DNA of 64,000 nt from Clostridiales bacterium (GTDB lineage Bacteria; Bacillota; Clostridia; Monoglobales; WRBX01). Shown piece by piece: positions 50,703 to 61,381 of the stretch (positions are counted from its first letter, which is position 1; every line of letters starts with the position of its first letter). Position numbers and translations under genes: made by a program. Below the pieces are notes generated by a model, which saw only the letters and a program-made list of their open reading frames with translations, did no database searches and was not told where the DNA came from. The stretch is from assembly GCA_031261985.1 (NCBI GenBank), contig JAISIR010000008.1, forward strand, positions 2,122 through 66,121. The letters are read 5' to 3'.

Positions 50703-50819
50703 ATTGCTAATGATAAGTAAAATTTTTATGCAATAGTTTTATGATAAGCGATACATTTTGTGAATGTGTGGAGCTTTTAATTAATCAAATCTATTTTTAA
50801 AGAAGAGGAAAGTATTTAA

Positions 50820-51602
50820 ATGAAAAACGTTATTTATGCAGGAAATTGGAAGATGAACAAGACAAATTTAGAGGCAGAATCGTATGCTGATGAGATTTTA
50901 AATCTAATTGAACAAAATAATTTAAACGATAAAAAAATTATAATCTGCCCGCCATTTACATCTATTAATACATTAGCTAAAAAGCTTAAAGGAAGTAATG
51001 TAAAAGTAGGCGCGCAGGACATTTTTTCGGAATCTAACGGTACGTTTACAGGTTGTATTTCTGCCGAAATGGTTGCAGGCGCAGGCGCTGAGTATGTTAT
51101 AATTGGGCATTCTGACCGTCGCAATAAGTTTGGCGAAAGCGATGAAATAGTTGCAAAAAAGGTTAATCTTGCTTTGGGTGTTGGTTTAAAACCCATACTT
51201 TGTGTAGGCGAAACCTTGCAGCAACGTAACGATAATATGACGATGCAAGTTCTGACTGAACAGCTGACTATTGCGTTGGCAGATGTTGCGGCAGCTGATT
51301 ATTCTAATATAATTATCGCGTACGAACCCGTGTGGGCAATAAGTAGTGGGAAGGTTCAAAAAGGTAGTAAAAGCCAGGCAGCAAATAGTGCAACAGCCGG
51401 CTTGGATTGCATGAATATTCGCAAACTTTTACGCGATAAATTTGGTGAATCTACCGATGCGATTGCGATTTTATATGGCGGAAGCATGAACTCTAGTAAT
51501 TGCAAGGAATTTTTTGCTCAAGACGAGATTAGTGGCGGGCTTATGGGTGCGGCGTCGCTTTCAGCATCTGATTTTATTGAAGTAATGTTGAACGAAGAAT
51601 AA
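50820..51602 (+). CDS. tpiA: Triosephosphate isomerase (divergent)
   Basis: AGNWKMN, IGHSDRR, AYEPVWAI, YGGS; located between pgk and gpmI. Confidence 0.93.
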   Translation: MKNVIYAGNWKMNKTNLEAESYADEILNLIEQNNLNDKKIIICPPFTSINTLAKKLKGSNVKVGAQDIFSESNGTFTGCISAEMVAGAGAEYVIIGHSDRRNKFGESDEIVAKKVNLALGVGLKPILCVGETLQQRNDNMTMQVLTEQLTIALADVAAADYSNIIIAYEPVWAISSGKVQKGSKSQAANSATAGLDCMNIRKLLRDKFGESTDAIAILYGGSMNSSNCKEFFAQDEISGGLMGAASLSASDFIEVMLNEE

Positions 51603-51663
51603 GGGTTAATACATAATGTTTTAGAAAACACGATAAATTTTGCAAATAGAAGAGGCTAAAAAT

Positions 51664-53184
51664 ATGCTTACACTTTTAATTTTGGACGGGTTTGGAATTA
51701 ATAATGATTCGTTTGGTAACGCGATTGCCCAGGCTAACACTCCTAATTTAGATAGAATTTTCAAGAATTATCCTTATACTCAAATTCAAGCGAGCGGTTT
51801 AGCTGTTGGCTTGCCAAAGGGTCAAATGGGGAATTCTGAAGTTGGGCATATGAACATGGGCGCGGGCAGGGTTGTGTATCAAGATTTAACCTTAATTGAT
51901 AAATCTATAGAAGATGGCGATTTTTTTGAGAACCCTGCGTTTAAAAATGCTATAGATAATTGCAAAAACAATGGTTCTGCCTTGCACTTGATGGGATTGC
52001 TAAGCGATGGCGGCGTGCATAGCCATATTACACATTTATATGCGCTGCTTCAATTGGCTAAAAACTCAGGGCTAACCAAGGTTTACGTGCATGCGTTTTT
52101 AGATGGGCGCGATACTCCGCCGCAAAGTGCTGTTGATTATATCGCTCAGTTACAAGATAAAATTGCAGAAATTGGCGTGGGCGAAATTGCTACTTTATGT
52201 GGAAGATACAACATTATGGACCGTGATAACCATTGGGATAGGATTCAAAAGGGTTATGACGCGATTTGCAACGGCAAGGGGAATTTTGCCACGGATGCTA
52301 TAGAGGCGGTTAAGGCTTCGTACGCTGCCAAACGTGACGATGAATTTGTGGAGCCGATAGTAATTACTAAGGATAAAAAGCCAGTTGCAACCTTGAATCC
52401 TGGCGATTCTATTATTTGCTTTAATTTTCGTAAAGATAGGGCGCGACAGTTTTCTCACGCGTTTGTAGATGAGGATTTTGCTGGTTTTGAAAGAAAATAT
52501 ATCCCAACTACTTTTGTTGCATTCACTAATTATGATAAAGAGCTAAAAAATATCGAAATTGCCTTTAATCCGCCACCTATTTTGAATAATCTAGGCGAGT
52601 ACACGACTTCTTTAGGCTACAAAAATGTTAGGATTGCCGAGACGGAAAAGTATGCGCACATCACCTTTTATTTTAACGCGATGGTTGATAAATGCTATAG
52701 TGGCGAGGATAGAATTCTGATTCCTTCCGAAAAAGTTGCTACGTTTGACCTTTCGCCAAAAATGCGTGCGATGGAGATTAAAGATAAAGCTATAGAGGCG
52801 ATAAATTCTAAAAAATATGACTTTGTGTTTATTAACTTTGCGAATTGCGATATGGTAGGTCACACCGGTAATATTTCGGCTGCTATCCAGGCGGTTGAGG
52901 CTGTCGATTCTGCAACGCAAGAAGTAGTTGATGCTGTTAAAAATGTAGGTGGAACAACGGTTATCACTGCCGACCATGGCAATGCCGAGGTTATGCTTGA
53001 TAAAACTACGAAAATTCCTGTTACTTCGCACACCACCAGCCCTGTTCCGTTCTGCATTGTAAGCGATTCTAGTTATGTTCTTAGGGCGGATGGCAAGCTG
53101 GCTGATGTTGCGCCAACGATACTAGATTTAACCGATATCACTAAACCTGCAGAGATGACAGGCGAGAGCTTGATAATTAGGTGA
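51664..53184 (+). CDS. gpmI: 2,3-bisphosphoglycerate-independent phosphoglycerate mutase
   Basis: ILDGFG, GQMGNSEVGH, DGGVHSH, AETEKYAH, DMVGHTG, TADHGNAE. Confidence 0.97.
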   Translation: MLTLLILDGFGINNDSFGNAIAQANTPNLDRIFKNYPYTQIQASGLAVGLPKGQMGNSEVGHMNMGAGRVVYQDLTLIDKSIEDGDFFENPAFKNAIDNCKNNGSALHLMGLLSDGGVHSHITHLYALLQLAKNSGLTKVYVHAFLDGRDTPPQSAVDYIAQLQDKIAEIGVGEIATLCGRYNIMDRDNHWDRIQKGYDAICNGKGNFATDAIEAVKASYAAKRDDEFVEPIVITKDKKPVATLNPGDSIICFNFRKDRARQFSHAFVDEDFAGFERKYIPTTFVAFTNYDKELKNIEIAFNPPPILNNLGEYTTSLGYKNVRIAETEKYAHITFYFNAMVDKCYSGEDRILIPSEKVATFDLSPKMRAMEIKDKAIEAINSKKYDFVFINFANCDMVGHTGNISAAIQAVEAVDSATQEVVDAVKNVGGTTVITADHGNAEVMLDKTTKIPVTSHTTSPVPFCIVSDSSYVLRADGKLADVAPTILDLTDITKPAEMTGESLIIR

Positions 53185-54567
<1,383 letters not shown>

Positions 54568-54613
54568 ATTTTGCATGATACAGTAAACATAATTTGTAAA
54601 GGAGATACAAAAA

Positions 54614-54859
54614 ATGGCATGGTTAAAAATTAGTTTAATAGTGCTACAACTTATCATTAGTTTAGTTTTGATAATTGTAGTTCTGTTACAACCAAGCAAA
54701 ACTGCTGGGCTATCACAGTCAATTTCTGGCGGAGAAACCGAGACTTTCTTCGGCAAAAACGGTGGTTCTACCTACGAATCTATTATGAAACGCGTAACCA
54801 GCGTGTGCGCGATTCTGTTCTTGCTAACCTCTATTGCATTATCGATTTTTGCTTTATAA
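54614..54859 (+). CDS. secG: Preprotein translocase subunit SecG
   Basis: Two TM helices, VLLQPSKTAGLS..I.GG; follows eno as is usual. Confidence 0.92.
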   Translation: MAWLKISLIVLQLIISLVLIIVVLLQPSKTAGLSQSISGGETETFFGKNGGSTYESIMKRVTSVCAILFLLTSIALSIFAL

Positions 54860-54897
54860 TTGAGGGTTACAAGGGTTTAAGCGAGGATTTTTGCATT

Positions 54898-54936
54898 AAA
54901 AAAGCTATGGAGCGAGTAATGTTCCATAGCTTTTTT
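54898..54936. terminator. Bidirectional terminator after secG
   Basis: AAAAAAGCTATGGA...TCCATAGCTTTTTT. Confidence 0.85.
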
Positions 54937-54967
54937 GCGTTTTGTTATATATTCTAATGTTACATTT

Positions 54968-55515
54968 TTAGTTTTGCGTATTTTTTAAGTGTTTTAAGTG
55001 TTTTAAGTCTAAAAATATTCCACACAGACATATTGTAAATAAGACAATTTCTTCTGCCACGCCCAATGGCGAACCGATTAACCAATTGTATGTGAAATAT
55101 AATATAGATTGAGGAATTTGCAGGTATTTAAAGGTTAAATGATTCTTTTGTAACATTGAGTAAACTTGGCAAAATATTGCGATTAGGGGTAAAAAGCTAA
55201 TGAATCCTGCATATGTAAAAATGAAAATAGCAATAGAGGCGGCGTCTAAAATTAGCATTGTTACAAGTTGACGGCGTTGAAAGGTTGCGGTCTTTGAAAA
55301 ATAGGGAAGGTTGCCGCAAATGCTAACGATAAAAGAAATAACTATAAGTCCCGCGCCTGTCCACGCTTGCAGGAGTGCAAATGATGATATGAAAAATATG
55401 TTTGAAATTAACATATTAATCTGAATCCATCGCATGTTACGTATAAGGTATGTCGATAGAACCAACAGGAACCAATAAACACGCAAATTTGTGATAAGAT
55501 AAAAGCCGTTGACAT
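54968..55515 (-). pseudogene. YgjV-like inner-membrane protein with an apparent 1-nt frameshift near 55470
   Basis: GAGGT RBS + ATG at 55515 gives MSTAFILSQICVFIG; the body (LLVLSTY...LLQAWTGA) is in another frame; adding one T at GGTTCC joins them. Could be a sequencing error. Confidence 0.55.
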
Positions 55516-55534
55516 AATTTTACCTCTTCAATAA

Positions 55535-55556
55535 AGTAAAGTATTACGACTTTACT
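55535..55556. repeat. GTAAAG-N8-CTTTAC palindrome, copy 6
   Basis: AAGTAAAGT-ATTACG-ACTTTACTT, downstream of dxr. Confidence 0.8.
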
Positions 55557-55595
55557 TGACATAATTTTATAAATATGAATATTGTTGTTGCTTTA

Positions 55596-56654
55596 TTATT
55601 CAAATACTTTTTCGACTGTTTTTTGAATGTCTAAAAAGTTGATTTCACCCTTTAAAAACTTAGCAACTGCCTCGTCATTTGCTTTGTTAACTTTTAGTGG
55701 ATAATCACCACCTAAACGCCCTGCTTTAACGCCTAACTCAAAACAAGGGTAGCGATTTTTATCTACATCGGCAAACGAAAGTTGTGAAAGCTTTGTAAAG
55801 TCAATCTGCTTTACATCGATGTTTTGCTTATTGGGGTATGTTATAGCATTTGCAATTGCCAAACGCATATCGGGCATGGCAAGTTGCGCAATAACACTAC
55901 CATCTACAAACTCTACCATACTATGGATAATACTCTCGCGGTGCAAAACAACATCGATTTTATCGTAGGGTAGACCAAACAAATGGTGCGCTTCTATGAC
56001 TTCAAATGCCTTGTTCATCATGGTTGCGCAATCGATAGTAATTTTGGCTCCCATGGTCCAATTGGGGTGTTTTAGTGCATCGGCAGCGGTTACATTATTT
56101 AGTTCATTAAGTGGGTTATCCCTGAATGCGCCGCCCGATGCAGTGATGATAATCCTTGAAATATCCTGAGGTTTAAAGCCGCGAATACATTCAAAAATTG
56201 CTGAATGCTCGCTATCTATCGGAAGTATATCTGCTTTACAGTCTTTAGCGAGTTTCATAACTTCATCGCCAGCTGTTACTAATACTTCTTTGTTTGCAAG
56301 TGCAATAGTTTTGCCAGATTTTATGGCAGATTTAGTTGGTTCGATGCCTGCGACGCCGACCATGGCTGAAACGACCATGTCACCCTTGACAAGCTGAGCT
56401 ACTTTACATGCACCTTTTTCGCCATATTCAATATTTACGTCAGGGAAATCGCGGAGTAATATCCTAGCATTCTCCTCGGTTTTCACCGAAACCATTTTAG
56501 GCGCAAATTTTTTAATCTGTTCCGACAACAATTCTATGTTATCACCGCACGAAAGCCCAACTACTTTACAACCTAATTTTTCGGCAACGTCTAAGGTTTG
56601 AGTTCCAATCGAACCTGTCGAACCTAAAACGATTAAATTTTTACTCTTTTGCAT
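55596..56654 (-). CDS. dxr: 1-deoxy-D-xylulose-5-phosphate reductoisomerase
   Basis: LGSTGSIGTQTL, LANKE, PIDSEHSA, TASGG, HPNWTMGAKITIDCATMMNK. Confidence 0.97.
   Translation of the reverse strand: MQKSKNLIVLGSTGSIGTQTLDVAEKLGCKVVGLSCGDNIELLSEQIKKFAPKMVSVKTEENARILLRDFPDVNIEYGEKGACKVAQLVKGDMVVSAMVGVAGIEPTKSAIKSGKTIALANKEVLVTAGDEVMKLAKDCKADILPIDSEHSAIFECIRGFKPQDISRIIITASGGAFRDNPLNELNNVTAADALKHPNWTMGAKITIDCATMMNKAFEVIEAHHLFGLPYDKIDVVLHRESIIHSMVEFVDGSVIAQLAMPDMRLAIANAITYPNKQNIDVKQIDFTKLSQLSFADVDKNRYPCFELGVKAGRLGGDYPLKVNKANDEAVAKFLKGEINFLDIQKTVEKVFE
55794..55815. repeat. GTAAAG-N8-CTTTAC palindrome, copy 7 (inside dxr)
   Basis: GTAAAG TCAATCTG CTTTAC; encodes VKQIDFT on the minus strand. Confidence 0.65.
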
Positions 56655-57133
56655 ACTTGTAACACTCCATACAACATAATTATTTCTAAAGGCAATAAGA
56701 TTATATTCTTAATAATACGCTGCAATGTTATAATTTCGGCGGGGGTGTTGCCATAAAGCATTATCAGCCAAATGGTGTTTAATACTATGTTAATTACTAC
56801 GCAAACCGTGATTTGAGCTAGCGCGCACCTAACAAAAGAACGTTTTTTATGTAGTATTAAGCCATATATCATGCCTGTTAAAATCGCAGAAATGGTGAAT
56901 CCCCACATGAACGGTCCTTTAGGGTAAGCGAAAAATCCGATGATATCGGTTGCGCCGCCTACAATTGCACCAATTTGCCATCCATAAAACGCACCCGCTA
57001 ATGCGATTGTCAAAAATTTAAATGATATGTGCAATGTTGCGTTTACTTGAATTGTCATCGTGTCTAAAACTAGGTTTAACGAGACTAAAAGTGCGCAAAT
57101 TACTAAGGTTTTTAGTTTGATTATAACCACCAC
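56633..57133 (-). CDS. Folate-family ECF transporter S component (FolT-like)
   Basis: LVICALLVSL..VL, ISFKFL, DIIGFF.YPKGPF..GFT.SA; overlaps the dxr start. Confidence 0.8.
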   Translation of the reverse strand: MVVIIKLKTLVICALLVSLNLVLDTMTIQVNATLHISFKFLTIALAGAFYGWQIGAIVGGATDIIGFFAYPKGPFMWGFTISAILTGMIYGLILHKKRSFVRCALAQITVCVVINIVLNTIWLIMLYGNTPAEIITLQRIIKNIILLPLEIIMLYGVLQVCKRVKI

Positions 57134-57162
57134 TTTCGATATTTTTCGTCATCTATACATAT

Positions 57163-57191
57163 ATAATATCAAATTTAATAAAAAAAGTCAA
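57163..57191 (-). promoter_or_regulatory. sigma-A promoter of folT-like/dxr
   Basis: TTGACT-N17-TATTAT. Confidence 0.65.
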
Positions 57192-57198
57192 ATATATC

Positions 57199-57227
57199 TT
57201 GCATTTTTTTTTGATGTATGATACAAT
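57199..57227 (+). promoter_or_regulatory. sigma-A promoter of recN
   Basis: TTGCAT-N17-TACAAT with extended TG, 6 nt before the ATG. Confidence 0.65.
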
Positions 57228-57233
57228 GGCGAT

Positions 57234-58922
57234 ATGTTAGTTAATATAGATATTAAAAACATTGCAATAATTAAGCATGTTTCACTAGATTTCACCAAGG
57301 GTTTTAATGTGTTGACGGGCGAAACAGCGGCGGGTAAGTCGATAATTATCGACTCTATTAACATGGTTTTAGGCAGGCGTGTCAACCGTGATGTAATCCG
57401 TTCGGGGGAGAATAATGCTAGCGTGAGCGCGGTTTTTGAGTATGACATAACAGTAGCTAGCCAGCTTAAAGAACTTGGTATAATTAACGAGGAAGATGCT
57501 TGTGTGGGCGCCGATGCCGATGCGTTTGCGAGTGTTGGCTCTATTTTGCTGCAACGCGATATTACGCACGAAAAATCGACCTGCAGGGTAAATGGCAAGG
57601 TGGTTCCTACTATTATTCTGCAACAAATTGGTGATTTGTTAATAGATATCCATGGGCAGCATGATAATCAATCGCTGCTAAACCCTAATAAACACATTAA
57701 TTTTTTAGACGATTATGCTAATGTTGGTTTTGAACTTAGTGAATATCGAGATAAATATAGCGAGTATAAAAAAATTCAACAACAAATTAACGATTTAGAG
57801 TGTAACGAGCGTGAGAAATCTCAACGACAAGACATGCTTAACTTTCAATTAAACGAGCTTGAATCAGCGAATTTGCGTTTAGAGGAAGAAGATGAGCTAG
57901 TTGCGCGTAAGAAGATTATCAATAATGCTGAGAAAATTTATCAGCGTTTATCGGTTGCGCAGCAAGAGTTAGATAATTTTAATATTAATCGCGTGATTAA
58001 ATCTTTGCAAGATGTATCTGAAGTATCTGACGAGCTTAATAATCCTTTGGAAAAACTTATAGATATTCAAGATAATTTGCGAGATGTGTCTTACAGAATA
58101 AGCCGAGTTTTTGAGGAATATAACGTGAATCCTAATGAAATCGACGATATCGAGGCGCGTTTAGATGTAATTTATCGTCTGAAGCGGAAATATGCGCCTT
58201 CGGTTGCAGAATTATTAGAATATAAACAAAAAATTCAAGATGAGTTAAATGCTTTAAATAATAGTGATGAGTTGCTAAGTGATTTACATAAACAAATTTC
58301 AATTTGTGAAAATAAGCTAAAAATGTCGGCTGAAAAGTTAAGTGAAAAGAGATGTGCCTCAGCTGCAAAATTACAAGGAAAAATCACGGAAATTTTACAT
58401 GAGCTTGACATGCAAAAATCTCAGTTTTTTGTTGACATAAATAATATTGATTATTGTGAAAATGGTTGCGACCACATATGTTTTAAAATAGCTACTAATG
58501 CAGGGGAAGATTTAAAAGATTTAACGAAAATCGCTTCTGGTGGCGAGCTTTCTAGGATTATGTTGGCGATAAAATCTATTTTGAATGATGAGAATCAAAC
58601 GGATACTTTGATTTTTGACGAAATAGATTCTGGAATAAGTGGACGAACTGCTCAAAAAGTTGGCGAAAAGATATCTGATTTAAGCAAGAAAAAGCAGGTT
58701 ATTTGCATCACTCATCTGGCGCAAATTGCGGCTATGGCAGACACTCATTTTAAACTAGAGAAGCATGAAGATAACGGAAAAACGCTGACGGAAGTTTTCA
58801 ATTTAGACTACAAAGAGCGGAAAGATGAGCTGGCTAGGATAATTGGTGGAGCGAAGATTACCGATATCACTTTAAAAAGTGCCGAAGAAATGCTGGATTT
58901 TGCTAGAAAGATTAGTGCGTAA
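57234..58922 (+). CDS. recN: DNA repair protein RecN
   Basis: LTGETAAGKS, IHGQHD, ASGGELSR, IFDEIDSG, CITHLAQIAA. Confidence 0.96.
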   Translation: MLVNIDIKNIAIIKHVSLDFTKGFNVLTGETAAGKSIIIDSINMVLGRRVNRDVIRSGENNASVSAVFEYDITVASQLKELGIINEEDACVGADADAFASVGSILLQRDITHEKSTCRVNGKVVPTIILQQIGDLLIDIHGQHDNQSLLNPNKHINFLDDYANVGFELSEYRDKYSEYKKIQQQINDLECNEREKSQRQDMLNFQLNELESANLRLEEEDELVARKKIINNAEKIYQRLSVAQQELDNFNINRVIKSLQDVSEVSDELNNPLEKLIDIQDNLRDVSYRISRVFEEYNVNPNEIDDIEARLDVIYRLKRKYAPSVAELLEYKQKIQDELNALNNSDELLSDLHKQISICENKLKMSAEKLSEKRCASAAKLQGKITEILHELDMQKSQFFVDINNIDYCENGCDHICFKIATNAGEDLKDLTKIASGGELSRIMLAIKSILNDENQTDTLIFDEIDSGISGRTAQKVGEKISDLSKKKQVICITHLAQIAAMADTHFKLEKHEDNGKTLTEVFNLDYKERKDELARIIGGAKITDITLKSAEEMLDFARKISA

Positions 58923-58964
58923 GCGTGTAATTTGTTTTACGGGAAATTAGAAAGTGTGTAAAAC

Positions 58965-59342
58965 ATGAATACTAAAGGAATGGTTATAAAAACAACTGAA
59001 AACATAGCAACTGTAAAGGTTCCAAGAAGCTCTAGTTGTGGCGGTTCGTGCGCTTCGTGTGGTATGTGTGGGAATAATTATGTTATTGTCGAAGCTGAAA
59101 ATAGTATTGGTGCAAAAGAGGGGCAAGTAGTAACGCTTGTCTCTAAAACTTTTGACATTTTGATGATTGCGCTGATAACTTACTTGCTTCCGTTAATCAT
59201 ATTGCTTTCACTTGGGATAATTTTTAAGACGTTAAGTTTGTGGGCGGTAGTAGCTTCAGTCCTCGCATTTGCAGGATATTTTTTCATTGTAAAGTATATC
59301 AACTTGCGTGTTAAAAAACCGCGGATAGGACAGATTTTATGA
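58965..59342 (+). CDS. RseC/MucC-family (SoxR-reducing system) protein
   Basis: RSSSCGGSCASCGMC, AENSIGAKEGQVV, two C-terminal TM helices with YLLPL. Confidence 0.8.
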   Translation: MNTKGMVIKTTENIATVKVPRSSSCGGSCASCGMCGNNYVIVEAENSIGAKEGQVVTLVSKTFDILMIALITYLLPLIILLSLGIIFKTLSLWAVVASVLAFAGYFFIVKYINLRVKKPRIGQIL

Positions 59343-59944
59343 AATGTTACATTGTAATTGGGCATTATGGTTCTGGTAAAAGTGAAGTAGCGATAAATCT
59401 TGCAATTCACTACAAAATTAAACGGATTGTAGATTTGGATATCGTTAACCCTTATTTTAGATTAAATGATGCGTATAATGTTTTAGAAAAAAATAATATT
59501 GAGGTAATTTCTTCGCAATTTGCAGGGACGAATGCCGATTTACCCAGCCTTCCACATAATATTAATAGGGTTTTTGATGCAAATGACGATGTTGTATTTG
59601 ATGTGGGTGGCGATGACGTTGGTGCAAGAGTTTTAGGACGATTTCGCGAGGAATTTGCTAAGATGAATTGCCAGGTGATGATGGTGGTTAATACTCGTCG
59701 ACCCGAAACTTCTGATGCAAATATGATAATTAAACAAGCTAATGAAATTGAGGCGGCGTGCGGATTAAAAATTTCTTATCTTATTAATAATACTAATTTG
59801 ATGAATGAAAGTACCGAGAAAATGCTGGAAAACTCTAGGCTGATTTTTGACGAAGTACCTATCCCGCTCCTCATGACGACGACGATGATTCCGAATATTC
59901 CCGATACATTTTTGATGAAAAGATACCTGACTCAAGCTATATAA
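59339..59944 (+). CDS. P-loop NTPase of unknown function preceding the OFOR genes
   Basis: GHYGSGKSE Walker A, DLDIVNPYFR, FDVGGDD.GAR.LG, NTRRP. Confidence 0.75.
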   Translation: MKCYIVIGHYGSGKSEVAINLAIHYKIKRIVDLDIVNPYFRLNDAYNVLEKNNIEVISSQFAGTNADLPSLPHNINRVFDANDDVVFDVGGDDVGARVLGRFREEFAKMNCQVMMVVNTRRPETSDANMIIKQANEIEAACGLKISYLINNTNLMNESTEKMLENSRLIFDEVPIPLLMTTTMIPNIPDTFLMKRYLTQAI

Positions 59945-59977
59945 ATGTTACAAAATTTTAATTAAGGATGTGAAATA

Positions 59978-60184
59978 ATGCCGAAAGTTACAATTAATAT
60001 TAATAAATGCAAAGGTTGCAAGCTATGCACTAGCGTTTGCCCTAAAAAAATCGTGGTGATTGATAAAAAAACATTGAACGCATCTGGGTTTTGCCCTGCT
60101 TCGATTTCTGAACCCGAGAAGTGCATAGGCTGTGCGTTTTGTGCGCAAATCTGCCCGGATGTAGCGATTGAAGTTGAAAAATAG
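59978..60184 (+). CDS. 2x[4Fe-4S] ferredoxin, OFOR delta subunit
   Basis: CKGCKLCTSVCP and CIGCAFCAQICP. Confidence 0.92.
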   Translation: MPKVTININKCKGCKLCTSVCPKKIVVIDKKTLNASGFCPASISEPEKCIGCAFCAQICPDVAIEVEK

Positions 60185-60262
60185 GGTTATGCCTAATGTT
60201 GCAAAGCTCTAAATGAATTACATAATTATCTCAAAAACTAGTAAACGAAAGGATATTTGAAT

Positions 60263-61381
60263 ATGTCTGATAAAGTATTGATGAAAGGAAATGAGGCGGC
60301 GGCAGAGGCGGCGATTCGTGCTGGCTGCAGATATTTCTTTGGATACCCCATAACGCCGCAGACGGAAGTTTCTGCTTATATGGCTAAAAAAATGCCTAAA
60401 ATTGATGGTGTGTTTTTGCAGGCGGAAAGTGAAGTTGCTGCAATTAATATGGTTTTTGGTGCAGCGGGAGCAGGCGCGCGCGCTATGACGTCGACTTCTA
60501 GCCCTGGCTTTAGCCTTAAACAAGAGGGTGTTTCGTACATCGCTGGTGCGGATTTACCTTGCGTTATTCTAGATGTTGTGCGTGCTGGTCCTGGTTTAGG
60601 CGGGATTCAAGCAGCGCAATCTGATTATTTCCAAGTTACCAAAGGTGGCGGGCATGGCGATTATCGTCTTATTGTTCTTGCACCTTCGACGGTTCAAGAA
60701 ATGGCGACTTTTACTGCGTTGGCCTTCGATTTAGCCGATAAATACCGTAACCCTGCGCTTGTTTTGAGTGATGGAATTTTAGGTCAGATGATGGAACCGA
60801 TTGATTTTGACGATGTAGAGGCGGGGTTTGACCCTAGCAAAATTCGTGATTTTAGTGATAAACCGTGGGCGACGACTGGGACGAATTGTAAACGTGGGCA
60901 GAACTTAATTAAATCCATTAACACTAACCCAGTTGAGCTTGAGCAGGAGAATATCGAGCGTTACGCTAAGTATGCCGAGGTTGAGAAGAACGAGAAGCGT
61001 TGCGAGACAATTGGCGTGGAGAATGCGGATGTTTTATTTGTTGCGTATGGAACGAGTGCTAGGATTTGTAAAAATACTATTGAATTGCTTAAAAAAGAAA
61101 GGGTTACCGCTAAACTTTTTCGTCCGATAACGCTGTGGCCTTTCCCCGATGACGCTTTAAAACTAGCTGCAAAAAATGTTAAGGCTGTGGTTGTGGTCGA
61201 GATGTCGCATGGTCAAATGATTGAAGATGTGCGGCTAAATATCCAGGATAAACCAATATATTTTAGTGGTCGAAGCGGTGGAATGATACCACTGCCAGCG
61301 GATATTGCTAAGGTTGCGATTGATGCGGTTAGTGTTATAAAAAATGATGGTTCTAATACTTATGAAGGAGGGCGAGAATAA
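60263..61381 (+). CDS. 2-oxoacid:ferredoxin oxidoreductase alpha subunit (VorB-like)
   Basis: GNEA, GYPITPQTE, QAESE.AA, TSSPG.SLKQE, RAGPGLG. Confidence 0.92.
   Translation: MSDKVLMKGNEAAAEAAIRAGCRYFFGYPITPQTEVSAYMAKKMPKIDGVFLQAESEVAAINMVFGAAGAGARAMTSTSSPGFSLKQEGVSYIAGADLPCVILDVVRAGPGLGGIQAAQSDYFQVTKGGGHGDYRLIVLAPSTVQEMATFTALAFDLADKYRNPALVLSDGILGQMMEPIDFDDVEAGFDPSKIRDFSDKPWATTGTNCKRGQNLIKSINTNPVELEQENIERYAKYAEVEKNEKRCETIGVENADVLFVAYGTSARICKNTIELLKKERVTAKLFRPITLWPFPDDALKLAAKNVKAVVVVEMSHGQMIEDVRLNIQDKPIYFSGRSGGMIPLPADIAKVAIDAVSVIKNDGSNTYEGGRE

Noticed and set aside
57318-57341. RecN Walker A reading GETAAGKS instead of GETGAGKS
   Set aside because: Still fits GxxxxGKS; no reason to infer loss of function.
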